A stretch of 26,133 nucleotides of DNA from a virus (IMGVR_UViG_3300005764_000074:1-26133), one strand, 5' to 3'. Shown: positions 1 to 9,700, numbered from the stretch's first letter. A program made the numbers and translations. The notes: generated from the letters alone by a model not told the origin.

Positions 1-61
1 ACAGGACTACAGGACTACAGACTACAGGACCACAGGACCACAGGACTACAGGACTACAGGA
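1..61. repeat. 8-nt tandem repeat ACAGGAC(T/C), about 7.5 copies, probably truncated by the window edge
   Basis: Units at 1-8, 9-16, 17-23 (one G missing), 24-31, 32-39, 40-47, 48-55 and partial 56-61, read directly. Confidence 0.95.
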
Positions 62-88
62 GCGCAGTTCCGTAGCCGGGGGTGATGC

Positions 89-1147
89 ATGACCACCGCG
101 CCCGTACCCACCTACTTCCGCAAGGTTGTTCGTATCCGTGCCACGGACAGCCCGAATGTACGCTACGCTCTCGCGGAGCGTGCCGCCGGCCGTACCCCCA
201 CGGGTCGTACCATCATCCCGGGCGTCCTGCCGTGGGACGAGTACCTAGCCCGCCTGGCCCTGTGGGACGAGGTGATGATCTGCATCGGCATCGAGGCCCA
301 GTTCTACAAGGGCGCGACGGTCCTCCTCTACCCGCCCCAGTGGCTGGACCGGGCCCACGCCTACTGGACGAAGGTCCACGGTACCACCCGCAGGGGCCTG
401 GCCCTTGGCATTGACACCGGCGAGGGCGTCGCCAACACGTCCCTGTGCGTGGTCGATAACTACGGCATCATCGAGATGCTCTCGCAGCGGACACCCGACA
501 CCTCCGACATCGTGGGCCTGGTTATCGGCATCGGTACCCGCCACGGCGTCGATCCGTCCCGTTGGGTGTTCGACCGCGGTGGTGGCGGCAAGCAGATCGC
601 CGACCAGATGCGTGCCGGCGTGGGCCGGGACGGTAAGCGCTACCCCGTGCAGACCGTCGGCTTCGGCGAGTCCGTCCTCGCGGATCTCAAGCGTGGCCTT
701 AAGCGCATCGAGGAACGCATGGACGAACGCGAGGATCGCTACACCTACAAGACACGGCGCTCCGAGATGTACGGCACCCTGCGCCTGCTGCTGGACCCGG
801 CCCGCCTCTCCGACCCCACGGCCGGCGGCCTGCTGCCGGAGCGGAGCCCCGGTGCCTTCGCCATGCCGCCCCCGACGGCCGGCCCCGTCTACGCGGAGCT
901 GCGGCGGCAGCTGGCGAAGATCCCGCTGCTCTACGACAAGGAGGGGCAGCTGTACCTACCGCCCAAGAACCCGCCGGCCGGCAGCGCCCGCCCCGGCGAG
1001 ATCGTGGGGATGGGGACGCAGCGGGAGACGCGCGTCACCATGACCTCCCTCCTCGGTCACAGCCCGGACGAGGCCGACGCCCTGGTGCTGGCGGTGCATG
1101 GGCTGACGCACACGCCACGGCAGGCAACCGCCGGCGCTGCCCACTAG
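89..1147 (+). CDS. terL: Terminase large subunit, C-terminal part (end of ATPase region plus RNase H-like nuclease domain)
   Basis: Motifs ATDSPNV, LALGIDTGEG (first catalytic Asp), WVFDRGGGG and C-terminal HSPDEADAL are typical of TerL nuclease domains. Lies upstream of the portal. No Walker A/B motifs; in-frame TGA at 83-85. Confidence 0.85.
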   Translation: MTTAPVPTYFRKVVRIRATDSPNVRYALAERAAGRTPTGRTIIPGVLPWDEYLARLALWDEVMICIGIEAQFYKGATVLLYPPQWLDRAHAYWTKVHGTTRRGLALGIDTGEGVANTSLCVVDNYGIIEMLSQRTPDTSDIVGLVIGIGTRHGVDPSRWVFDRGGGGKQIADQMRAGVGRDGKRYPVQTVGFGESVLADLKRGLKRIEERMDEREDRYTYKTRRSEMYGTLRLLLDPARLSDPTAGGLLPERSPGAFAMPPPTAGPVYAELRRQLAKIPLLYDKEGQLYLPPKNPPAGSARPGEIVGMGTQRETRVTMTSLLGHSPDEADALVLAVHGLTHTPRQATAGAAH

Positions 1148-1294
1148 GAGCGGGCGGGACCGCCCCCAAGGAGCTATCAGGGCGCCAGCGGGAGATAAGA
1201 CGGCACACGATCTACAATGGCTGCCAACACCGGCCTCCCCCGTACGTGGGGGTACCCGTACGGATTACGGAGGCCCCCCTGTGGGGGCCCAGCA

Positions 1295-1306
1295 CGGGGT
1301 ATAATC
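1295..1306 (+). promoter_or_regulatory. Candidate -10 promoter element GGGGTATAATC
   Basis: Perfect TATAAT (1300-1305) in an intergenic gap of GC-rich DNA; the same GGGGTATAATC recurs at 26106-26116. No canonical -35 seen. Confidence 0.45.
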
Positions 1307-1422
1307 ACATGCTCGGAAAAGACGCGCGGGACTGGTACGCGATGCTGGCGCGGTCGTTCGCCCCGGCCGATTGGTTCAGGGACGGTGATCGTCCCCAAGG
1401 GGGCGACAAGGAGGAGCGACTC

Positions 1423-1587
1423 ATGTGGGTGTACCGTGAGGCGGGCGGCCGCTGGGAGGTTGGCTTCTACGACCCGGAGGGTGAATGGCATGAGGACAGC
1501 TGGCATCGGACCCGGCAGGAGGCCGCCGCTCGGGTCCACTACCTGAACGGCGGCAACGTCCCTCTACAGGGGGAGGGGCGGGAATGA
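1423..1587 (+). CDS. Small phage hypothetical protein (MWVY...VGFYDP.G.W...AAARVHYLNGG)
   Basis: Strong SD (AAGGAGGAG) before ATG 1423, preferred over the 1246 start in the track. Stop overlaps the next start (ATGA). Confidence 0.75.
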   Translation: MWVYREAGGRWEVGFYDPEGEWHEDSWHRTRQEAAARVHYLNGGNVPLQGEGRE

Positions 1588-1913
1588 GGAAGGGAACCAC
1601 GGTTCGTCTCGTCAACACCGGCTCGCCCGTTCTCGAAGGCACCCTTGCCGTGGTGGAGGAGACAACCCCCTGGGGCGCCCACGTGTCTACCTCCGCCACG
1701 GCCAGCGGCCGCTACCGCGCCCACCACTCGGAGATGGTGCCCCTGGCTAATACGAACGGGCACGCCGGCGCCGACGTCCCGGCAGCCCGGGCACCGTCCC
1801 AGCTGCCTGAGTACACGGGCGACGAGTGCGACCAGTGCGGCTCCCTGCGGATGCGATGGGCCGGCGCCTGTAAAGTATGTGAGGACTGCGGCGCTTCGGG
1901 TGGCTGCTCCTAA
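1584..1913 (+). CDS. Hypothetical protein with C-terminal Zn ribbon (CDQC...CKVCEDCG...GCS)
   Basis: ATGA coupling with the upstream gene and a GGAGG SD. The C-terminus resembles the terminal Zn ribbon of class II ribonucleotide reductases. Confidence 0.75.
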   Translation: MRKGTTVRLVNTGSPVLEGTLAVVEETTPWGAHVSTSATASGRYRAHHSEMVPLANTNGHAGADVPAARAPSQLPEYTGDECDQCGSLRMRWAGACKVCEDCGASGGCS

Positions 1914-2038
1914 TAGGCAGCCGCCCTTAAAGCTAGGATTGTGAGTGGTCGTCCGTGCGGTTCGGGCGGCTGCAGCTAGGATAGGCAGCACCCTCTCCGG
2001 GAGGGAGGGGCAGTACGCCACGCCACGGAGGACAACCC

Positions 2039-2527
2039 ATGATCGGCGCCTGGGGCACGTGCCGGCACTGCAATCGGCACATCCGCATCCGCTGCCGCGG
2101 CCTGTGCTACACCTGCTGGCGGCACAAGGACATCCGCCGCCTCTACCCGCTGGAGCCCAGCGACTCGATCGTGAGTCGCTACGGTAGCGTGATCGCCATC
2201 CTGATCAAGGAGGGGGCCACCGACAGCGACGTGGCGTCCGAGCTGGAGGTGACGCGCGGTGTCATCAGTCTCTGGCGGCGGGCTCATGGCATTCCTCCCA
2301 GGGGCCGGCGCGGTCGCTGCCTGGCGGGACACACCTGGCACTACGACGCCATCCGCCTCCACGAGACCGGCCGGACCGTCAAGGAGATCGCGGGGCACCT
2401 GCAGCGGACTCAGGATGCCGTGAAGCAGGTGCTACTGCGAAAGTGCGGCACCAGCGCAGTGCCGCAACCGCCGCTGCCGGCCCCGCCACCGGGCAGCGGC
2501 CGCCTGACCCTGGACGGGCTGATCTAG
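2039..2527 (+). CDS. Putative DNA-binding protein: N-terminal CxxC...CxxC plus two helix-turn-helix motifs
   Basis: GGAGG SD; CRHC/CYTC; HTH-like segments GATDSDVASELEVTRGVISLWRR and GRTVKEIAGHLQRTQDAVKQVL. Confidence 0.75.
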   Translation: MIGAWGTCRHCNRHIRIRCRGLCYTCWRHKDIRRLYPLEPSDSIVSRYGSVIAILIKEGATDSDVASELEVTRGVISLWRRAHGIPPRGRRGRCLAGHTWHYDAIRLHETGRTVKEIAGHLQRTQDAVKQVLLRKCGTSAVPQPPLPAPPPGSGRLTLDGLI

Positions 2528-2582
2528 GGCGGACGGACGGGGACACGGGGACGGCGCCGGCGGAGGCCACGATCCACGGAGG

Positions 2583-2886
2583 GTGTGCGATGATGTCGTC
2601 CATGACGCCAGTTGCCATCGCCCTGCGCGGCAGCGCCTGCTAACCGGGAGATGTACCCGCTGCGGGAGCCAGCCCGTCCCTGACTCTCGCCTCTGTAAGC
2701 GCTGCCGGATCGACACGAAACGGGACCGCCGCCGCCGCTACAACGTCCGCAAGTCCGCCGGCCTCTGCGTGAGCTGCGGCAGACAACTTGGTCCGCTGCA
2801 GCAGCTGCCTGATAAAGAGCGCCGCCGCGCTGCGTCGCTGCGTCTCCTGCAAGAAGGAGGGGAGCCATCATGGCCAGGACCTCTAA
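2583..2886 (+). pseudogene. Frameshifted CxxC-repeat (Zn-finger) gene
   Basis: One frame gives GRCTRCG, LCKRC and GLCVSCG. The +1 frame from about 2788 continues RCSSC...RCVSC and stops at 2884-2886, overlapping the portal start. Confidence 0.5.
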
Positions 2887-5800
2887 TGCCGGGGCCTCCA
2901 AGACCGAGACCCCGACCCCGACCCCGAACGGCTCTCCTGTCGATAACGCCGTCGACCCCGCCACCGCCTCCCGCTACTTCGACATGGTGGCGAACATCAC
3001 GTCCGTTCGGTCGAACCTCTTCCAGAAGCTGTTCGACCCGCGCCGCAACATCGACGACGAGTGCGGCTACCCGCAAACGGAGCAGACGGCCTGGGGCGCG
3101 ACCGCCATCGACCCGGACTTCTACCGCAACCTTTACGACCGGGAGGCCATCGCGACCCGTGTCGTCGAGGTCATGCCGCGGGAGTGCTGGCAGATGACGC
3201 CCATGGTCTACGAGGACGAGGACCCGGATAACGTCACGGCCTTCGAGGAGGCCTGGGACGTGCTGGGGCAGCAGCTGCGCGGCGAGCAGTGCTGGTACCA
3301 GGACGAGGAGGGCTCGCCGGTCTGGGAGGTGCTGCGCCGCGCCGACATCCTTAGCGGCATCGGCCACTTCGGCATCATCCTCCTCGGCCTCGATGACGGC
3401 CTGCCCCTCGACCAGCCAGCTGCCGGCGTCTCGACCCGGAAGCCGTTCGGCGGTGGTCCGCTCGGTGCTGGCGTGGACACCCCAGCGGCCGCCGGCACCG
3501 GCGACGGCAGGCAGCCGTACCCTTACCAGCCCGACACCGCCTCCAGCCCCTACGGCAGCATGGACCTCTACGGACCGGCCAAGTACCCGGCCGAACGGAC
3601 CGGCCACTCCCCCGGCAGCGCTGCCGCCGCCAACGCCTACCACGATCACGACCACGGTGCCTTCCACGACGAGGACCGCTCCCTTACTTCCCCCGTGGGC
3701 AACGCTACCCTGCCCGCCCCTCCGCCCGGCGCCGCCTACTTCGACCTGACCTCGAACACCTGGAGCGTGCCGGGCAAGGAGCGCACGAGCCGGCCCGTCT
3801 ACCACCTGGACCCGAAGACCGGCCTGCCGCGCTTGGAGCGCTGGGAACCCTACGCCACTGACCTCTCCCTCAACTCCCTGCAAGCCGAGGCCGTGGCGAA
3901 CGGCATGCCCGTCGGGGACGTGATGGATGAGTACACGGCCTCGGCCATCGACAACGCCCATGCTAGCGTGGTGCCGATGGGGCACGGCCCGGCCGATCTG
4001 CACCCCGGCTTCGTCCGCACCACGCCCCTGCCCGACGACGCAGGCGACCACGGACCGGACGACCACGGCAGTCGGGGACTACCCCACGGCCAGGGAGGTT
4101 CCCACGGCGATCAAGGACCACACGGCAACGGCACCACCGCCAACACAGGCACACCTATTTCTCCCAGGGAGCCGACCGGGGCCGGGCCAACGGCCAACGC
4201 CCCTGGCGATGCCTATACGCCACCGAACCCCTACGGCGATGCACCTGGCGGCTTCTGGCAGTCACCGGTCCCGGCCTACGGAGCCGCCATCGGCCAGGGT
4301 GCCGCCCTTGGCACCGACGCCCAGTACCTGAGCCCGCAGCTGTCGCCGCCGGTTGCCCCGAAGCCCCTGCCGGCCGGCACGCTTCGCAAGCTGCTGTTCG
4401 TACGTGCCTTCGACGAGGCCCTCGTGCAGATCGTCCAGTACGAGGCGAACCCGCTCAACCCACGTTACGGGCAGCCGATCATGTACCGGGTCACGCTTAA
4501 CGACCCGCGCGAGCTGCATAGCGGCGTCGGCCTGCCGATGGCGACGATTCGGGTGCACTGGTCGCGTATCATCCACCTTGCCGACAACCACCACACGGCC
4601 GGCAGCAGTGTCGTGTTCGCCGCCCCCCGCATGCGGCCCGTCCTCAACCGCCTGCTCGACCTCCGAAAGCTCTACTCCGGTTCGGCCGAGGGCTACTGGC
4701 GTAGCGGCTGCATGCCGATGACCGTCTTCAGCACGGTCCCTCAACTCGGTGGCGACGTCCGTATCGACCTTGGCTCGATCCGCGACATGATGGAGCAGGC
4801 GGAGAACGGTCTGCAGAGGTGGATCGCCCTCATGGGCATGTCTGCCTCGCAGCTGGCCCCGCAGATCGTGGACCCCGGTGGGCAGATCCAGGTCCAGCTG
4901 GAGGCCATCTGCATCAAGATCGGCTGCCCCGTGCGGGTCTTTAAGGGCTCCGAGCGCGGCGAACTGGCGTCCTCGCAGGACGACTCAGCTTGGAACGACC
5001 GACTGCGGGAACGCAACCTCGGCTACACCACGCCCAAGATCGTCGTCCCCTTCATCGACCGCCTCATCTCCCTCGGCGTCCTCCCGGAGCCGGGCAAGGG
5101 CAAGGCAGCGCCGACGAAGGAGCGGAAGTGGCTACCGAAAGCGCAGGCAGCGGCCGGCGCCGAGGGCGCTCCCGGTGCCGAAGGCGGACCCGGAGGCGGC
5201 CCCGGTGGTGGTAAGGGCAGTGAGGGCGGCCCCGGAGGCGGCCCGCTGGGGGCGGAGGGCGTCGGTATTGGTGCTACGGAGGGCGCCTCCACGCCCGCCG
5301 GCAACCGCCGAGCACAGGCCCGGCACACCGTCGCCCCCAACGTCTACGGCCCCGACGGCCGCGGTCGCTACCGTACCGTCACCTCCTTCGGCCGCGTTCT
5401 CATCCTCAACGCGGCCGGCAAGCCCGTCGGCGTCCAGACCAAGGGCGGCTACAGTATCGAGTGGCCGAGCCTGGATTCCCTCGGGGAGAAGGACAAGGCT
5501 GCCGTTGCCTTGCAGGCCACCCAGGCCATCGGCGCCTACGTGTCCGGCAACGTCGAGTCGATGATGACACCGATGGACTTCTACACACGCATCCTGCGGA
5601 TGGATGAGGAGGAGGCCCGCTCCATTATCGACAACATCACGGCGGCGCACGAGGAGGAGGAGACCATGACGATGCCCGCCCAGATCGGTGGCCGGCCGGC
5701 CGCCCCGCAGGAGGGTACCCAGGCCTTCGAGGACCGCGCCCGCAGGGACGCGCAGGCGCAAGCGCAGCAGGCGGAGGGTGCCCGTCGCTTCGATCGCACC

Positions 5801-6073
5801 GCCGGCTTGAAGGAGAAGTCGCTGGATAAAGGCCTGGCGGCATTCGGCGGCGGTGGCGGCGGCGGCGAGGGCGGTGGCGGCGGCGCGGGAGAGGGAGGGG
5901 CCGCCACCGCCACGACCCCCAAGGGCGGCGCCGCTCCGTGGGGGCGGGCACCGAACTTCGGCAAGCCGGCGCCGCCCGGCATGGAGCCGGAGGAGGAGCC
6001 CGCCACCAACGAGCGCCCCTCCACCACCACCGAGGACTTGCTGGCGAACGAGATGAGGAGGGCCATGAGGTGA
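2870..6073 (+). CDS. Portal protein, DUF1073-like, with large low-complexity insertions
   Basis: AAGGAGG SD. Conserved blocks LYDREAIATRVVEVMPRECW, RRADILSGIGHFGIILLG, NPRYGQP, VHWSRIIH, GSERGELASSQD and IEWPSL. Sits between terminase and MuF. Confidence 0.85.
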   Translation: MARTSNAGASKTETPTPTPNGSPVDNAVDPATASRYFDMVANITSVRSNLFQKLFDPRRNIDDECGYPQTEQTAWGATAIDPDFYRNLYDREAIATRVVEVMPRECWQMTPMVYEDEDPDNVTAFEEAWDVLGQQLRGEQCWYQDEEGSPVWEVLRRADILSGIGHFGIILLGLDDGLPLDQPAAGVSTRKPFGGGPLGAGVDTPAAAGTGDGRQPYPYQPDTASSPYGSMDLYGPAKYPAERTGHSPGSAAAANAYHDHDHGAFHDEDRSLTSPVGNATLPAPPPGAAYFDLTSNTWSVPGKERTSRPVYHLDPKTGLPRLERWEPYATDLSLNSLQAEAVANGMPVGDVMDEYTASAIDNAHASVVPMGHGPADLHPGFVRTTPLPDDAGDHGPDDHGSRGLPHGQGGSHGDQGPHGNGTTANTGTPISPREPTGAGPTANAPGDAYTPPNPYGDAPGGFWQSPVPAYGAAIGQGAALGTDAQYLSPQLSPPVAPKPLPAGTLRKLLFVRAFDEALVQIVQYEANPLNPRYGQPIMYRVTLNDPRELHSGVGLPMATIRVHWSRIIHLADNHHTAGSSVVFAAPRMRPVLNRLLDLRKLYSGSAEGYWRSGCMPMTVFSTVPQLGGDVRIDLGSIRDMMEQAENGLQRWIALMGMSASQLAPQIVDPGGQIQVQLEAICIKIGCPVRVFKGSERGELASSQDDSAWNDRLRERNLGYTTPKIVVPFIDRLISLGVLPEPGKGKAAPTKERKWLPKAQAAAGAEGAPGAEGGPGGGPGGGKGSEGGPGGGPLGAEGVGIGATEGASTPAGNRRAQARHTVAPNVYGPDGRGRYRTVTSFGRVLILNAAGKPVGVQTKGGYSIEWPSLDSLGEKDKAAVALQATQAIGAYVSGNVESMMTPMDFYTRILRMDEEEARSIIDNITAAHEEEETMTMPAQIGGRPAAPQEGTQAFEDRARRDAQAQAQQAEGARRFDRTAGLKEKSLDKGLAAFGGGGGGGEGGGGGAGEGGAATATTPKGGAAPWGRAPNFGKPAPPGMEPEEEPATNERPSTTTEDLLANEMRRAMR

Positions 6074-6375
6074 CCCGACACGAAGCACCGATGACCACTG
6101 ACCAGCAGCGTGCCGTCATGCGGGCGGCCGGCCGCGTGCTGAGGGAGCAGGTGGATGCCCTGAGAAACCAGCTCCGCGCCGAGCTCGTCGTCAACGCGGC
6201 CACGCTCGACCTGACGCCACTGGTCGACGCCCTCGAGCGCGGCCTGGGCCGGCTGGCGGCCGCCGTCGAGGCGCTCGTCGATGCCGAGCACGCCGAGGCC
6301 GACCAGCGTGCCACTCTGGCCCGCGCTGTCGCCGGGGAGGCCCGCACTGTTACCGAGACCGAGGGAAATCAATGA
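6070..6375 (+). CDS. Hypothetical helical/coiled-coil protein
   Basis: GTG overlapping the portal stop (GTGA) with GAGGAG upstream; alternative ATG at 6091. High GC3 codon usage. Confidence 0.65.
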   Translation: MTRHEAPMTTDQQRAVMRAAGRVLREQVDALRNQLRAELVVNAATLDLTPLVDALERGLGRLAAAVEALVDAEHAEADQRATLARAVAGEARTVTETEGNQ

Positions 6376-6431
6376 TCCGGCTGTCCATCGGCCAGCCCCG
6401 TTCGAGGCACCACCCGCAGGAGACCCTACAC

Positions 6432-6764
6432 ATGGCGTTCACACTCACCGCTGACCAGCAGGTTGACGTGTCGCTGGTCATCACCGACGCGCACGGCAAC
6501 CCCGCCCCCGTCGATGGCACCCCTACCTGGGAGGCGACCGACGTGACGAAGGTCACCCTCAACCCGTCCCCGGACGGCCTGTCCGCCGTTATCGCCGCCA
6601 AGGGGCCGGTCGGCACCAGCCAGGTCCGGGTCACGGCCGACGCCGACCTGGGGGCCGGTGTCACCAACATCATCGGCCTCCTGGATGTGCAGGTGGTTGG
6701 CGGCCAGGCGACCGTCATCCAACTGCAGCCCGGCACGCCCGGCCCGAAGCCGGCGCCGCTCTAA
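6432..6764 (+). CDS. Ig-like beta-sandwich protein, possible virion surface protein
   Basis: AGGAG SD before ATG 6432 (track start 6372 also possible). DAHGNP turn, a conserved W and alternating beta-strand pattern are typical of bacterial Ig-like domains. Confidence 0.65.
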   Translation: MAFTLTADQQVDVSLVITDAHGNPAPVDGTPTWEATDVTKVTLNPSPDGLSAVIAAKGPVGTSQVRVTADADLGAGVTNIIGLLDVQVVGGQATVIQLQPGTPGPKPAPL

Positions 6765-6779
6765 GGACGAGACCCAGCC

Positions 6780-9700
6780 ATGGACGACCTGACCGACCCG
6801 CTGACCATCACCGTCAACCCCTTCGTGAGTGAGGCCCAGCGCCGCGCCTGCTACGCGGCCCACGACCCGAACTGGGACTGCGCCGAGTGGGAGCGCCACA
6901 CGAAGGGGCGCTCCCTCCCCTCCCGCAAAGGGGGTAAGGGCGGTGGTCGTGGTCGCCGTCGTCGGATCGCCGCTAACAAGCGTCGTCTCACCGCCAACCG
7001 TGGCCCGCGCCGTGGCATCTCCCCGAACAAGTACGACCCGACCCGCACCTCGACGCTCCGGCGTGCCTTCGTCGCCCGCCTGCGTAAACGCTTCGCCCTG
7101 CTAAAGGGCCGCATCGTCAAGCACATCGGCGAAGGCGACGCACTGGGGCTAAAGGACCAGCCCCGACCGGAGCCCACCGTTCTCACGACCCCGACGACGA
7201 ACAACCCCGGGCAGATCCGCGACGAGACCGGTCTCTACGGCCCCGGCATCGGTATCGAGATCCCGCGCGAGCAGATGCCACAGATCGCCGCCTCCGACCT
7301 GCCGCGCCTGGAGACGTGGCTGCGGGGGCGGGGCGTCCCTGCCGCCCACGCTACCGCAGCGGCCGACTCCCTCGCCCCGACGCAGTCCCGCTTCAAGCAG
7401 TCGAAGGTCGATGCCATGGGGGACGGGGTCCTCGATGACCCTATCATCGTCAGCCAGGACAACTACGTCCTTGACGGCACGCACCGGTGGGTGCGGGCCT
7501 GGCAATCGGACCCCACCACCCCACTCCCCGTCCTACGTGTCGGCCTCCCCGTGCGCGACGCCGTCAGCCTACTCCGCTCCTTCCCTCTTGCGGACTATGC
7601 CACGAACGCAGGTCAGGGAGCCCGCGCTGGTACCGCCGTCTACCGCTCCTTCCTCCACGACGGCCGCCTTGCCTACCTCGCCGTCAACGCCCTGGTCGAG
7701 GTACCGGACGTCCGTCAGCACGACTCCTACAGCTGCGGGGCCGCTGCCGCCATGAGCGTCGGCCGTTACTTCGGTGTCGGCCCGGAGTCGATCACCGAGT
7801 GGAAGTCCCTGCTGGACACGGACAAGAGGGACGGCACCGACGTCGTCCCGCTCGTCGCCTACCTGCGCTCCCTGGGCCTCGGCGTCCGGGCCGGCACCGG
7901 CATGACCCTGGACGATCTGAAGCGGCACACGAGCGCCGGTCTCCCGGTCATCGTTGCCGTGCAGGACTGGGGCCCTAGCGTCCCGACGCCCTCCTCCGTC
8001 TCCAACGGCCACTACCTGGTCGTCATCGGCGTCGACCACGGCTACGTGTTCGTGCAGGACCCCGCCGTGCACCCGCCTGCCGGCGGCATCCAGGCCCCTG
8101 GAAGAAAGATGATCGAGGAGGACCGCTTCGACAGCCTCTGGCACGACACCGACGCTGACGGTAGCATTCTCGACCACTGGGGCGCCGTCGTCTCCGCGCC
8201 CGAGCCCATGGGAAATTACGACCCGTCCCAGCCTCGTGGTCACGGCGGCCGCTGGACGAAGGGCAGCGGCGCCGCCCTGGCCCCGCTTCCGCCCTCGCCC
8301 CCACCCGTGCCGGCCATCCCCCGTGCCCGCCAGGCCCCGAACGTCGAGAAGGACAGCGACGGCGACGGCATCACTGACACGGCCCGCGTGGGCGTGCCCG
8401 GCAACGCCGTGCCACCGCCGCCGCCAATCCCGGCCCTGCCTAACCTCTCCCCTAGGGAGCGGGAGGTGGAGCAGTCCTTCATCCGCGCCTACGAGGCAGA
8501 CCCGGATAAGGTGGCGGCCAACTACCGCTCCCTTGTAACCTCCCAGAAGCCGCCGCCGACCTTCGCCACCGACGATAGCAAGGTCCTGACCGAGGAGTGG
8601 TCCCACCCGGACCCAGCCGAGCGCAGCGTCAACCGGGCCACGCTCAACAACGCCCTCCATCAGACCGCCAACGCCATCGCGAAGCGGGCCTTCCTCCAGC
8701 ACCTGGATACCATGGAGCCGGGCCAGGAGATCCTGGTGACCGTCGGTGGCTGCGGGGCCGGCAAGGGCTTCGCACTCAAGAACGTCCCGGAGGCCCTGGC
8801 CCTCAAGTCCCGCTCCCATGCCGTCTGGGACAGCGCCGGTGACCAGAACGCGACGGAGAATCCCTGGATCCAGCGGGAGGCCGAAGCCCGCGGCCTGCGC
8901 GTCAACTACGTCTACGTGGACGCCGACCCGGTGACGCAGTGGGGTCACCCGGACCGCGGTGTCCTCAAGAGGGCGCAGGACCCGAATGACGGCCGCATGG
9001 TCGACGCCTCCGTGTTCGCCGACAGCTACGTGATCGGTGCTAGCAACATGCGGACCTTCCACGACCAGCATAAGGACAACCCCAACGCCTCCTTCGTCTT
9101 CCTGGAGAACCGCGGCACGCCACGGCAGATCGACCACATCCCCGACCCCGGCATCGACCGGCACGAGCTGCGCGACTACGCGGCATCGGTCGCCGCCATG
9201 TGTATGGCCTGCCCGCCGCACGTCAAGGCCGGTGCCACGCAGGGTGCCCGCATCTGGACGGCGAACGCGGACACGGGGACGACGAACGCCCGGACGTCCC
9301 ACATCCCTGCCGCCGCCCTGGCCGCTGCCGCCCTCAGCGCCGCAGCAGGCAGGCCACCCGACCCGGACGACCCGGAGCTGGCGTGGTGGCGGGAGGACGC
9401 CGACCGCCTCAATGCCCTGGGGGAGGAGACCCGCCGCCGCCAGCTGACGGTGAACTACCACCCCGACCAGCCGCGTGACCGCCGAGGTCGCTTCGGCAGC
9501 GGCAGCGGCGACACCGCCCCTACTGCCGTAGCGCAGACCTCGACGCCGGCCTTCAGGGCCTGGTTCAAGGACAGCACCGTCACCCACGAGGACGGCAGCC
9601 CGCGCGTCGTCTACCACGGCACGACCGCCGACTTCGACACCTTCAAGTTCGGCCACGAGGTCGACCCGCACAGCAACCTGGACGAGATGCTGGGGGCTCA

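Noticed and set aside
1-61. CRISPR array
   Set aside because: 8-nt head-to-tail units with no spacers; no cas genes.
1246-1422. N-terminal extensions in the ORF track (1246, 5938, 16319, 21197, 23131, 23966, 24874 starts)
   Set aside because: Downstream starts have clear SD sequences or stop/start coupling, and the extensions overlap other genes or regulatory DNA.
2583-3197. 204-aa ORF as given in the track
   Set aside because: Its last 110 codons overlap the portal out of frame and read as shadow sequence; better explained as a frameshifted short gene.
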